This document shows, one piece after another, positions 27,616 to 39,122 of a stretch of DNA of 64,000 nucleotides (its first letter is position 1; each line of letters opens with the position of its first letter). The notes under the pieces are model-generated. The model worked only from the letters and a program-made list of their open reading frames with translations. It was not told the origin of the DNA and made no database searches. Source of the DNA: Octopus bimaculoides (taxonomy: Eukaryota). The stretch is taken from positions 35,723,154 to 35,787,153 of the forward strand of contig NC_068985.1 in the NCBI RefSeq assembly GCF_001194135.2. The letters run 5' to 3'. The position numbers and the translations under genes were made by a program.

Positions 27616-27716
27616 GTTAAGTGCAATAATAATAATTATTATTTACCTGGTGTTGCTTTTCTCACTGATGTTAATATTGATATCAGCAATTAATGAAAAT
27701 TTGCTCATTATAGTAG

Positions 27717-27722
27717 TTTATT
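27717..27722 (-). other. Candidate polyadenylation signal of SSBP1
   Basis: AATAAA on the minus strand about 70 nt after the stop codon. Confidence 0.45.
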
Positions 27723-27793
27723 TTTTTAAAGTTTTGCTAAGGCACATAATTCTAATTTTTGTAATAAACCAAACAAGAGTTCATGGTTTTAGA

Positions 27794-27852
27794 TCACATA
27801 TCCAATTCTTCATCATCCTTCAAGTATTTTTTGGTTAAATTTATTATATCAT
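27794..27852 (-). CDS. SSBP1: Mitochondrial ssDNA-binding protein, last coding exon (NDIINLTKKYLKDDEELDM*)
   Basis: Acceptor tttacatttcag|; phase 1 joins TIIA-N-DII, matching the mtSSB TIIAD/NII end; stop TGA. Confidence 0.85.
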
Positions 27853-28710
27853 CTGAAATGTAAATGATGGAATCACTTTAAAGAGGAAATGTTAGAACAG
27901 AACAAATTAAAGGATTTCTTGGAATGATCATTTGACTTTTTTATTAGACATAACTGTATGGAAGAGCTTTGACATCTAAATATCATTTTAATTAAACTGA
28001 TTATCTTTATTGCAATACTAAAATTTAAGTGAATGACTTATTAGATAAAGAGCTATCTCTATTTCAGAGGATCTGACTTCATAAATATGTTGCCTTCATT
28101 ACACTAAAAAAATCACACCTTAAGGAAAGTTGGTAATTATATACAAAGAGATTGGCAACATGTTACAAAAGTCTTCAATGAATGAAATTTGGTCAGAGAT
28201 GTGAGAACCTGCTCAGTACATGATCAATTAAAGTATTAAGACCCTCTCAAAAAAAACTACATGAGAGAATAGAGCAGTACTCCTGAATCATCAGATGATA
28301 ACCAGAAATAACTGTTAATGGATTTCAAGCAAGAGATAGCTTAGGACCAAAGGTAGAAGCATATGATGCAAGTTGAGGATGATAACTGGATGAAGAAATG
28401 ATGAGCTGATAGCAGACAGCAAATAGAGGAAAATATACCCCCCCACCACCACAAATGGAATAAAAGTGCTGATAGTAACTTAAGAGGTAAGCCATAAAGC
28501 AACTAAGCAAAAGTAAATTTCTAGAAAAATGGCAATAAACAATTTATGATAACGAAGATGGTAATGGACCATTATTGCTATAATGGATTATGTTAGTAGT
28601 CTACTTAAATTATAAATAAAATCTCCAAGAAATTCTGTAGGCTCACAATGATAGGCATTTAACCTATAGCATGTTAAGCATGACATAAACTTTACTGAAT
28701 AAAATGCTAG

Positions 28711-30445
28711 TTATAACCCTAAGTGCGTAAGTGAAAACAGAGCATAGTAATCACTCATCTTCATCTGTGTGTTTGCAAAATTACTGGAAAATGGCTGAAC
28801 AGATTTTCACCAAATTTGGCACAAATACACACTGGGTGAGTGGCTTGAAATGATGAAAATTTGGTTTGATTATCTTCAAACATACATAAATACATACATA
28901 GATATGTGACTGCATGTGTGTGTATGTGTGGATTCAAGGGTTTTGTTTATTTACAAGTTGATTTCTTAATTTCACTGGAGTATAAATAGCTATAAAATAC
29001 CTATAAAAAACAAAAATAAATAAATAAATCATCATCATCATAATCGTTTAATGTTCATTTTCCATGCTGGCATGGGTTGGATGGTTTGACTGAGGTCTGG
29101 AGAGCCAGCAGCTGCACCAAGCTTCAATCTGATCTGGCAGTGTTTCTACAGCTGCATGCTCGTCTTAATGCCAACCACTCCAAGAGTGTAGTGGGTGCTT
29201 TTTACGTGCCACTGGCACAGGATCCAGTCAGGTGGTCCTGGCATTGATCACGTTCAGATAGTACTTTTTACATGCCACTGGCACGGGAGCCAGTCAGGCG
29301 GACCTGGCATTGACCAAGCTTGGATGGTACATTTTACGTGCCACTGGCACGGGTGCCAGTCAGTGGGCACTGGCCACAGCTACGATTCTGATTTTACTTG
29401 ACTCAACAGGTCTTCTCAAGCGTATCATATCGTCCGACGCATCAAGGGTACTTTTAAATGGGCCAGACATGCAACACCGCATTCAGCCATGGCTGCAATC
29501 TCACTTTAGTTGCTGAGTCTTCTCGATCACAGCATATCTCCAAAGGTCTTGATCTTCTGTCACTGCCTCTGTGAGGCCCAACGTTCGAAGGTAATGTTTC
29601 ACCACCTCGTCCCATGTCTTCCTGGATCTACCTCTAACAGAGTTCCTTCCACAGTTAGGGTGTGGCACTTCCTCACACAGCTGTCCTCATCCATACATAA
29701 CATATGACCATACCAGCACAGTCGTCTCCTTTGCACATCACATTTGATGCTTCTTATGTCCAACTTTTCTCTCAGGGCGCTTACACTCTGTTGTGTATGC
29801 ACACTGACATTACACATCCAGCAGATCATACTAGCTTCATTTCTTTATGCCCTCAGCACTCATGGCCCATGTTTCACTGTCATGTAGCATGGCAGTTTGC
29901 ACATATGCATCACAGTCTACCTTTCATCCTAAATAAATAACAAATCGAACTTACAAATTTATGTTTATACCCAACAACGAACTACAGTACGTTTGATTCA
30001 GCTGCAATCATTGAAAGACGTTCAAAACACTTCTCAAATTCTATGCAATATTTTCTATAAGTAGTTCATTTTGTTCATTTTCATCTTCATATGAATCAAC
30101 CCTCATCTGCATGTGTATAGATCATGGTTTACCTATGCGTGTAGACTCATGTGGGTACATACATACATAAATATGTGAATCTGTGTGTGTGTGCATGTGC
30201 GTGTGTACAGTGATAGATTTGAGGGTTTTGTTTATTTACGAGTTCTTAATTTCGCTGGAGTATAAATACCTATAATGGTGATTAAATCAAACTTACAAAT
30301 TTCCCAATAAGCAAGTTTAGTCAAACATTTACAAAGCTTAATTTAGTGCAACTAAAAAGCATGGGCAAGCAATGCATTGTAAGTGACACTATAATTTGTG
30401 AAAAAATTTATCTGTGTGCAGGGTATGCATCACCCTTCCAAAGCC
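28711..30445 (+). mobile_element. DINE-1/HINE-like (Helentron-associated) non-autonomous element, copy 1, interrupted by an RTE
   Basis: Colinear with copy 2; core ttttcaccaaatttggca; 3' subterminal gcagggtat then a T-run. Confidence 0.7.
29029..29929 (-). mobile_element. 5'-truncated RTE LINE (ORF2 C-terminus, 3' UTR, (TGA)n tail)
   Basis: LREKLDIRSIKCDVQRRRLCWYGH matches 57160-57230; flanked by TAAATAAATAA at 29017-29027 and 29930-29940 (probable TSD). Confidence 0.9.
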
Positions 30446-30452
30446 TTTTTTT

Positions 30453-31650
30453 TTTTAGCCCTGCACACGTAAGCGAAAGCAGGGTATTGTAATCACTCAT
30501 TTTTGTGTGTTTGCAAAATTACTGGAAAACTGCTGAACGAATTTTCACCAAATTTGGCAGAAATACTCATTATAGCTATGTGACAGTGTGTATGTATGCG
30601 TGTACAGTGATGGATTTGAGGATTTTGTTTATTTACGAGTTNNNNNNNNNNNNNNNNNNNNNNNNNNNNNNNNNNNNNNNNNNNNNNNNNNNNNNNNNNN
30701 NNNNNNNNNNNNNNNNNNNNNNNNNNNNNNNNNNNNNNNNNNNNNNNNNNNNNNNNNNNNNNNNNNNNNNNNNNNNNNNNNNNNNNNNNNNNNNNNNNNN
30801 NNNNNNNNNNNNNNNNNNNNNNNNNNNNNNNNNNNNNNNNNNNNNNNNNNNNNNNNNNNNNNNNNNNNNNNNNNNNNNNNNNNAGCACGTGGTCATATTA
30901 TTTATATCCTACAATGAATTACAGTATGTTTTATTCAGCTGCCATCATTGAAAGACGTTCAAAACACTTCTCAAATTCTATGCAATATTTTCTATAAGTA
31001 TTTCATTTTGTTCACTTCCATTTTCATATAAATCAACCCTCGTCTGCGTGTGTATAAATCATGGTGTACCTATGTGCATAAGCATGTGGGGGTACATACA
31101 TACATACCTAAATACATACATAGATATTTATTTCTTTACTGCCTACAGTGGGCTAAATGTAGAGGGGACAAACAAGGACAGACAAAGGGATTAAGTCGAT
31201 TACATCGACCCCAGTGCATAACAGGTATTTATTTAATCAACCCCGAAAGGATGAAGGGCAAAGTCGACCTCAGCGGAACTTGAACTCAGAACATAACAGC
31301 AGATGAAATACCGCTAAGCACTTTGTCCGGCATGCTAACAATTCGGCCAGCTTGCCGCCCTTCATACATAGATATGCGACTGTGTGTGTGTACAATGATG
31401 GATTCGAGGGTTTCGTATATCTACAAGTTGATTTCTTAATTTTACCAGAGTATAAATACCTATAATGGTGATATTTAAAAAAAAAATCTAACTTACAAAT
31501 TTCCCAATAACCAAGTTCAGTCAAACACTTACAAAGTTTAATTCAGTTCAGTTAAAAAGCACAGGTAAGCAATGCATTGTAAGCCACACTATAATTTGCG
31601 AAAAAATTTATCTTCACACAGGATGTGCATCGCCCCTCCGATGCCTGTAT
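30453..31650 (+). mobile_element. DINE-1/HINE-like element, copy 2 (contains a gap and a SINE insertion)
   Basis: 5' inverted repeat ccctgc...gcaggg (30459-30484); 3' stem-loop gcatc-gcccctcc-gatgc (31627-31644); T-rich flanks. Confidence 0.72.
31128..31362 (-). mobile_element. tRNA-derived SINE with 13-bp TSD
   Basis: CATACATAGATAT at 31115-31127 and 31363-31375. Confidence 0.9.
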
Positions 31651-31945
31651 TTTTCATTATTCTATAAAATGCTCCTAAACTGAGAATTTCCAAAATACAC
31701 AACAAAACATCTTCAATGATTTATTATTAGCTAATAGTCCAACACCATAATATCATTACACCATAAAGGTATTGAACCTCTGATTATATGTTCAATTCAG
31801 ACCTTACATGTCCATTGTATTGTACTTAGGCAAAGCTTAAATCTGCTTCCTTCAATCTGGCTGCTTGAAAATACAAATTCAGAAACAAGCAGTTAGGAGT
31901 AGGAAAGGTATTAAGTTGTAAAATCTTGTTACAATAGTTTGTATA

Positions 31946-32290
31946 TCATCATCATCATCATCGTTTAACGTCCACCTTCCATGCTAGCATGGGTTGAATG
32001 ATTTGACTGAGGACTGGTGAACCAGATGGCTACACCAGGCTCCAATCTGATTTGGCAAAGTTTCTACAGCTGGATGCCCTTCCTAGCGCCAACCACTCTG
32101 AGAGTGTAGTGGGTGCTTTTACGTGCCACTGGCACGAAGGCCAGTCAGGCAGTACTGGCAACGGCCACACTCAAAATGGTGTATTTTACATGCCACCTGC
32201 ACAGGAGCCAGTCCAGCGGCACTGGCAATGACCTTGCTCGAATGTTTTTTTCATGTGCCACCAGCACAAGTGCCAGTAAAGCGACACTGG
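31946..32290 (-). mobile_element. RTE 3' UTR/tail fragment
   Basis: Reverse complement of the 57890-58150 tail, including the gtgccactggcac modules. Confidence 0.88.
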
Positions 32291-33005
32291 TATATATCTA
32301 CATTTAACTAAACATAATTTTAACTCGCATCATACTTGTTAAAAACCAGGTCTCACTCTACCTTCACAAAGAACTTAACGAAATAGAACAAGACAACTTG
32401 AGGAAATCCTTAGAGATTCAGTGAGATTGAAACCAAAAATAGGAGAAAAAAGACAGAAAAGTGATGACATTTAAAGAAAAGTGAAAAGAGAAAGAAGAAA
32501 AATTGTTACAGTCTTTCAATCTTCGACAATGTCAGACTGTAGTCATGATAACAATTTCAGATGTAACTTTGCATAATTTCATAAATAAATGATAAAATGA
32601 GAGGAAAGCATCACAACAACAAGATAAATATAAAACCCAAGTTCTATAATGCATTAGATACTTGGGAACAATTTGAAGATTGCATCTTTATTTCAAATAT
32701 CTAAGGTAAATCAGTCTAATGTAGCCCAACTTTTATTGAACCAACTCATGGGATAATGTAGTTATAGCACTACAAAACAAAACACTCACCAATTATACTG
32801 TACTGCTACTGTTTACAGAAGTGAACTGTACAACACATAGTACAACTTACATGGAGATAAACGAGAGTTAAATGACTGGACTATGGATATTACATTATAT
32901 AAATGATGGGGCACGAAAAAAGCTCTTTTAGTCAGAAAATCAAGACTTGACAAGCTGTGGCTCTAGTTTTACATCCCAAATCAATGTATTTTTCCCCATA
33001 CTTAC

Positions 33006-33094
33006 TTGCAATAATTGTAGTAGACTTCTGTAGTACACTGCCTGAATCCCAATACTCATTATACTGAAGAGTACCACTCACAAACACACGGTCT
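33006..33094 (-). CDS. SSBP1: Mitochondrial SSB coding exon (DRVFVSGTLQYNEYWDSGSVLQKSTTIIA)
   Basis: 89 nt; acceptor ctttttag|, donor |GTAAGT; homologous to human SRIYLEGKIDYGEY...TTIIA. Confidence 0.93.
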
Positions 33095-33744
33095 CTAAAA
33101 AGAAGAAAAGGGATTACTTGAAAGATTCGTATACAGTATTTGTGTGTATGAGGTTCTAAGTAGTTAAATGTTTAAAAACATCTTTGTAAAACTGTGTGTG
33201 GTTATGAGATAAGAATCAAGTTTCAGTAAATATCATAACTAAAGATCAATATCAAACTTATTAGTTCTTATCAATCAGAGAGGTATTACTTAGCAAAATG
33301 GCCTTTAATCTGCAATGTTAATCTAGCAGTGAATTGTTAGCATCAGAAGAAGAAACAATGTGAAGCATGGTAAATTGTTTCCAAAGTTCTCAACATTATA
33401 TGTAAATTCTTCTGATTGAAATAATCTATCCAGTACAGTATTTCAATGTCTTGGCTATCTCTTGGATCATGAACTTTTAATATACATTTAAGAAAGGGTT
33501 CAAACAGCAGAAGTAGACTCTGACTAAAGCTGGGTTTGTATCTTGGTTTCAGCTCCCATTTGTAATCATTTCATTATCAATCCGAATTTCTGTACTTTGA
33601 GTTCAAACGCCACCAAGGTCAGTTTTACCTTTCATCATTTCAAGATGGATGAAATAAAGATACCATTCCATTCTGGAATGGTGAAATTTTAGTGTTAAAC
33701 AAGAAGACAAGCGATCCAGGCTATTTGCTGCTTTAGGTCTTTAA

Positions 33745-33960
33745 CCCTTTAGCATTCAGATTACCCTGTCAAACAATGCTTATTTAGTCACATTGTTTTG
33801 AATTATGTAATATCTCGTAGCTTCAAGATTTCGATCAGGTGACTGCTAATTTTTAGAATGACATTATAGTATAGGTGTGAGAGTGTAGGATCTGGATGGT
33901 TTGAACATAAAACAGGTTGAATATTTGAGCTGGATACAGCTGGTTTAAATGTTAAACGAT
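33745..33960. mobile_element. piggyBac-like MITE
   Basis: TTAA|CCCTTTAGCATTCAG start with a degenerate tttaaatgttaaacga|ttag end. Confidence 0.65.
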
Positions 33961-34601
33961 TAGACATAATCCATCGCTCATTTATATACCACTTGATCCT
34001 TAGGTGCCTTAGTGGACTTAACTCTGTCACAAACTTTTCAACATAGTCTATGGTTTGAGGATAACTACTTACTTTACTCTCACTAGTTTTGGTGTCAAGA
34101 AAAAGCAAACAGTCATAGATTCTACCCTTTGCTGACTACACAGTAAAACTATAAATTTACATTGGTAATCCCTTCCCAATAAATTTAAAGCTATATGTAA
34201 AGAGATTAATCAAATATCAAGGCAATAAGAAAGCCTCTACGAACTTTGCTATAAATTTTCCATCCAAGAAATGTTTCTGTGTATCCTAAAGGTATCTATG
34301 TATAGTGCACTACTTTGGATAGGTGTTTAGCATCAAACACAGATAGGACACGAAGTATTAATACTATATTAAAACTGAAACAGTACATCTTCAAAATGAG
34401 TGTAGCATTCACAAACCATCGAATGAAACAGAACTTGGGAGACTGTTTACATTCAGTGAATGACACAATAAAAAGTAAAAGTTACAAATTGGTAAACCTT
34501 TATGAAAAATTTCTAAAATTACATTGTAGTCATATAATCATCAAGCAAAAATCTCTCTCTTACACTTTAAAGATAATAAAAAAATGAATAAGACAATTTA
34601 C

Positions 34602-34689
34602 CCTTTCTTTATATATGCAGCAACTTTGTCTCGAAGTCCAGCTTTAAACACACTGACACGGTGCCATTCTGTCCTAGATATGGTTTCTC
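34602..34689 (-). CDS. SSBP1: Mitochondrial SSB coding exon (GETISRTEWHRVSVFKAGLRDKVAAYIKKG)
   Basis: 88 nt; the SSB signature TxWHRxSVF; AG/GT boundaries with consistent phases (1 in, 2 out). Confidence 0.95.
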
Positions 34690-35203
34690 CTAATTCAAAA
34701 ATATAAATATTAATATATCAAAATGTCTTATCATTTATTTTTCTTTTATTATCTTCACATAACTTAATAACTCATACAAGGCAAATTTTCACAAGTATAC
34801 TAAAACACTATCAAGTTACCACTCAATTACTGAAATCAAATAGCTTGTGGGACGAGAAGACAAATATTTGATTTGAGTTCTTCTCTGGTGAGTAAGGTCT
34901 CATTGATATAACAGTTATACAACTCAGAGACAGGACTGGTGAATTAGCCAAAAAATTAGGCCACATTATGACCAACAAAGAAGCTAATATAACAGTGGTT
35001 TGCTTGATAATCTGCTACTAAATAACTCACCATACAAAGAGAAACAGTTAAACTGAAGGTAAATACAACTAGTCATAACAGTGAAACTTTCATATTCTTT
35101 TCTTTTTACTCATTTCCTTTCCTTTTTTCTTTATTGCTCTGTCTTTGTAAACTTTATAGAACTGCTTATTGAAGTTGTTTGCATGTCCTGTATAGCTCCT
35201 CTA

Positions 35204-35390
35204 GGTGTAGGCATGACTGAATAGTTAAGAAGCCTGCTTCCCAACTATATGGTCTCCAGTTCAGTCCCACTGCATGGCACCTGGGGCAAATGGCTTCTAC
35301 TATAGCCCTGGGTCGACCAAAGTTTTGTTACTGGATTTGATAGGCAGAAACTGAAAGAAGCCCATCATATATAAGTATGTGTGTGTGAGA
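35204..35390 (+). mobile_element. tRNA-derived SINE (head and body)
   Basis: A-box-like tgactgaatagtt, B-box-like agttcagtccc, then ctactatagccc...gaaactgaaagaagccc. Confidence 0.8.
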
Positions 35391-36374
35391 TTGTGATGAC
35401 AGCAAACAAGCTTCACCATCATACAAACAACATCACTCGTTACCAGCCTTCCATGAAAAATGTGTCTGGCTACGGGAAACAGATGAGGGTCAGTAACAAG
35501 AAAGGCATCTGGTCATAGAAAATTTGATTCAACAAATTTTGGCTGACAAATATAGATTTAACCTCTCTCGGACCTGGGTTTCTATGTCTAACTTTGCCCT
35601 CCACCTGGGTTCCTGAGCGAAAAAATAAATAGTTTCATATACAGCTCAGAGTAATGATTGCAGGCAAACTAATGGATAGAATCACAAAAAAAAATTCAGA
35701 ATATCAATAATAGGCCTTTCATTCAAATACTGTATTTGTTAGGCAAATTAATGGACAGTGTTACAAAAAAATCCAAGAGAATAAAAATAATAGGTCTATC
35801 TCTCAACTACAGTATTTGTTCACCGTAATTGCTACTTTCCTCATCACTTTCACCAGTTTGATTGTCCAAAATTCTCTCATGTTTATTCCAAAGAATAGAT
35901 ATCATCAATAATTTCTTCAACTGTAAAAAGTCTAGGCCTTGCTCATTTACAAGACCAAGTGCTGGATTCATCACACATTTGTTTCTTCACAAAATCATTT
36001 TTTTAAAATCAAAAACGAAAGTAACAACAGCTATACCATTGTCAATGAGTTCTAAACACATTTGACAACAAAGCTTGCAATGTGATCAGGTGTCTAATTT
36101 TAGTATTTTATCTTCTTTTTCTACATCTGTTGTTCATTACTGCTTTAGTGGGAACCTGGCAGTGATGACACTTAAGCTATTTCTGCCATAACAGGAACAT
36201 GGTGCGATGGTTAAATCAGAAATATCCCCCTAAGATGAAAGATCCTGAAAATTTATTATGATTTCATTGACAAATTAAAAAGGTGATATCTCAGCATTGT
36301 AACAACCCTTTCCTGGAAACTTCAAACAATTACAACCTTTAAGCAATCCAAAACATATTCTTGTAAGTAAAACA

Positions 36375-36413
<39 letters not shown>

Positions 36414-36415
<2 letters not shown>

Positions 36416-36531
36416 GAAACTCTGCCAGATCAGACTGGAGCCTGGTGCAGCCATCTGGTTTGCCAGTCCTCAGTCAAATCGTCCAACCCATGTTAGCATA
36501 GAAAGCGAACGTTAAACAATGATGATGATGA
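36414..36531 (+). mobile_element. RTE 3' tail fragment
   Basis: gtagaaactctgccagatcagactggagcc...gttaaacaatgatgatg. Confidence 0.88.
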
Positions 36532-36542
36532 TACATATATAT

Positions 36543-36960
36543 ATTACTTGATTCAATCATTAGGCTGTGGCCATGCTGGGGTATTGCCTTGAAGAATTAT
36601 TAGTTGAATGAATCAACACCAGTACCTTTTTGTTTCAAGCCTGGTACTTATTCTATCAGTTTTTTTTTTTGCCGAACTACTAGATTACGGAGACATAAAC
36701 ACACCAACACCAGTTGTCAAGTAGTGTGTTGGGGACAAACACAAACACAAAGTCACACACAAATATATATATATATATATATAGAAATATATATATATAT
36801 ATATGATAGGTTTCTTTCAGTTTTTGCCTACCAAATCCACACACAAGGTTTTGGTCACCCCAAGGCTATAGTAGAAGACACCTACCCAAGGTGCCATGAA
36901 GTGGGACAGAACTCATGACCATGTGATTGGGAAGCAATCTTCTTACCACACAGCTACACC
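36543..36960 (-). mobile_element. Full-length tRNA-derived SINE
   Basis: Reverse complement of the 62241-62264 plus 63380-63715 SINE, with an internal (TA)n tract. Confidence 0.82.
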
Positions 36961-36989
36961 TTCTTTTCTGATAAAAAATATATATATAT

Positions 36990-37075
36990 CACTATAATCA
37001 TCATTATCATCATTTAACATCTGTTTTCCATGTTGGCATGGGTTGGACAGTTTGACTGAAAACTGGTAAGCTGCC
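36990..37075 (-). mobile_element. RTE 3' tail fragment
   Basis: (TCA)n followed by tttaacatctgttttccatgttggcatgggttggacagtttgactg. Confidence 0.8.
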
Positions 37076-37198
37076 CACATGAGCTCTACTCACGTGTCAA
37101 GTTTCATCAAAATTGATAAAACGACATAGGAGGAGTTAGCTAACAACTCCGCAAACAAACACACCCACAGACAGAATTTCCCACATATGTAGCAGATA
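37076..37198 (-). mobile_element. Helitron-like non-autonomous 5' fragment
   Basis: The minus strand starts A|TC...ttctgtctgt...gatgaaacttgac, similar to 39855-39960. Confidence 0.5.
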
Positions 37199-37437
37199 TA
37201 TATATATATAATTTTTTTTTTCAGAATGATAAAAAAACAAGGCTATGAAGATTTTAGTGACAAAGGGTGACTTGGAAACCAGGCCATGCATTCCATAATA
37301 TAGGCCAGTCGCCAAGGTGGAGAGTGGGGCAGTGAAGATTTACTTTCCTCACCCTGGAAAAGTATCCCCCCACCCATCAGTCAATATGATATAAACTAAT
37401 TTTAATGTGAAAAAAAGTACACAACTAATTAACTTAC

Positions 37438-37557
37438 CAGAAGATTTAGCATAAACAAAGCTTGTTGCCAATGATAATATAATAACAGGATGGCTTTCTG
37501 AGCCACGAGCTTCTGCATCTCGTCCAATTCGACCAATCAAATTTACTTGGTTCAAAC
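37438..37557 (-). CDS. SSBP1: Mitochondrial SSB coding exon (LNQVNLIGRIGRDAEARGSESHPVIILSLATSFVYAKSS)
   Basis: OB-fold beta1 LNxVxLxGRxG motif; acceptor ttttcag|, donor |GTAAGT. Confidence 0.95.
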
Positions 37558-38300
37558 CTGAAAACAATAAAAAACATTACATTTATCAACATATATAATT
37601 CTGTAACTCTAAAGATTTATTTCAGTATTGTTTTTAGCAGTTTATTTTTTCTAATTCCTTTTACAAATGTAATAAACTGAATATGTCGTAAGTCTAAGCT
37701 GCAAACTTAATTCCCAGAATTTGGAAGACATTTTTATAGCACATTTATCTAACACAAAATAAATGCATAAAGTATGATTTCTGCTTCAAACTAAGACTGA
37801 AATTAGTTTCTCCACTTTAGCTCACAATCTTTGACTTCCTAGTTTTTGTCATCATACTTGTGAGATGAAATATCTTTGATATGATAAATCACTTCCTTCC
37901 ATATTTTCCATGGTCCTCTTCCATTGTTGTTATATATCCATATCAATACAGCTGTCTTTTCAATACATATCATCAGTTGTACCAATGATGTCAAGCTCAT
38001 CTGCAGCTCTTGGCATTCTGCTTTGCATGCAAGCAAATAAACTAACACAACTAATTTCTGTCTATTCTGTATCTGCACCTCACTATCATGCACAAACTTT
38101 TATATAATCAGCATGTAAAAATGAACAACAATGATCATAATAATCAAATGGTCACAGAAATTAGGCTAAAAATAAATGCATAATTTAAAGATCCATACTC
38201 TTTTATTGATATCAATCATTCAGCTGTGATCTTTAGAACAGTTTTGAAATTTTATCAGGAGCATACAATACCAATTTACAAATTTCAGAATGTAACTTAC

Positions 38301-38382
38301 ATTTTTCAAACTTTGGAAGAGATGTAGCATCTTCAGTACACCGAGCTACAGGGACACCTATGTACTTTGTATGGCGTAGCAA
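38301..38382 (-). CDS. SSBP1: Mitochondrial SSB coding exon (LLRHTKYIGVPVARCTEDATSLPKFEK; presequence region)
   Basis: Acceptor ttttgtag|, donor |GTAAGT, phase 0 in and phase 1 out; gives FEKCLNQV, like human LERSLNRV. Confidence 0.8.
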
Positions 38383-38940
38383 CTACAAAATATCAAAATA
38401 ACATCATGTAATGTCTGTATTCTATGCTGCATGGGTTGCACACATTTACAATAAAAGAAAATTACAGAATACAGTACAGAAATGCAGCAGATACCAATTA
38501 ATCTGTTCAGTTCCTTAATAGAATCACTGAGTTTAGAATGGACAAAAATAACTGAAGTTCTTCATACTTTATTCATTTATTAGAATTAAATTTCCAGTTT
38601 TAAAAAAATCAATATCAAAATGTAAAATTTTAGGTGTGTCATAGAAAAGAAGTTGTGAGTTCAAATTCTTTATGTTGCAATGTAGATGTTTTAAATTGTA
38701 TTCAGAGACTACTGATACAGAAAACAGAAATAATTTCCTGGAAAGATAAACAGACTGAGCTGAAAATTTTCCCTACAATGACAATGAAAAATTAATATGA
38801 TAGCAAAATAATATGACCAAAACTTGTAATATTTTCAATATTCCTAAGGTTATGAACAGATTTCTGACTTTAAAGATAACACTTCTAATATTATCAATCC
38901 TACTACAATTCTAATTTATTGATGATTTGCTTTGAATATC

Positions 38941-39122
38941 CTTTCTACTATAGGCACAACACCTGACATTTTTGGGGAAGGGACCAGTCGATTACATTGA
39001 TTCCGAAAGGATGAAAGGCAAAGTTAACCCCAGCAGCATTTGAACTCAGAACATGATAACAAACGAAATGCTGCTAAGCATTTCAACCCACAATGGTAAC
39101 AATTCTGCCAGCTCACTGCCTT
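38941..39122 (-). mobile_element. tRNA-derived SINE
   Basis: Same family as 9425-9598. Confidence 0.8.

Noticed and set aside
35204-35290. tRNA genes at SINE heads (also 39678, 55330, 62241)
   Set aside because: A/B-box-like motifs are present but there is no cloverleaf, and each continues into SINE body sequence.
35860-36020. piggyBac-like N-terminal peptide (RPRLFTVEEIIDD...ESDEES) on the minus strand
   Set aside because: Similarity is only compositional, it is interrupted by stops, and I cannot confirm it without a search.
37349-37567. Bacterial-type ssb gene or horizontal transfer
   Set aside because: The SSB is split by canonical GT-AG introns and has a presequence-like exon; it is ordinary nuclear-encoded mtSSB.
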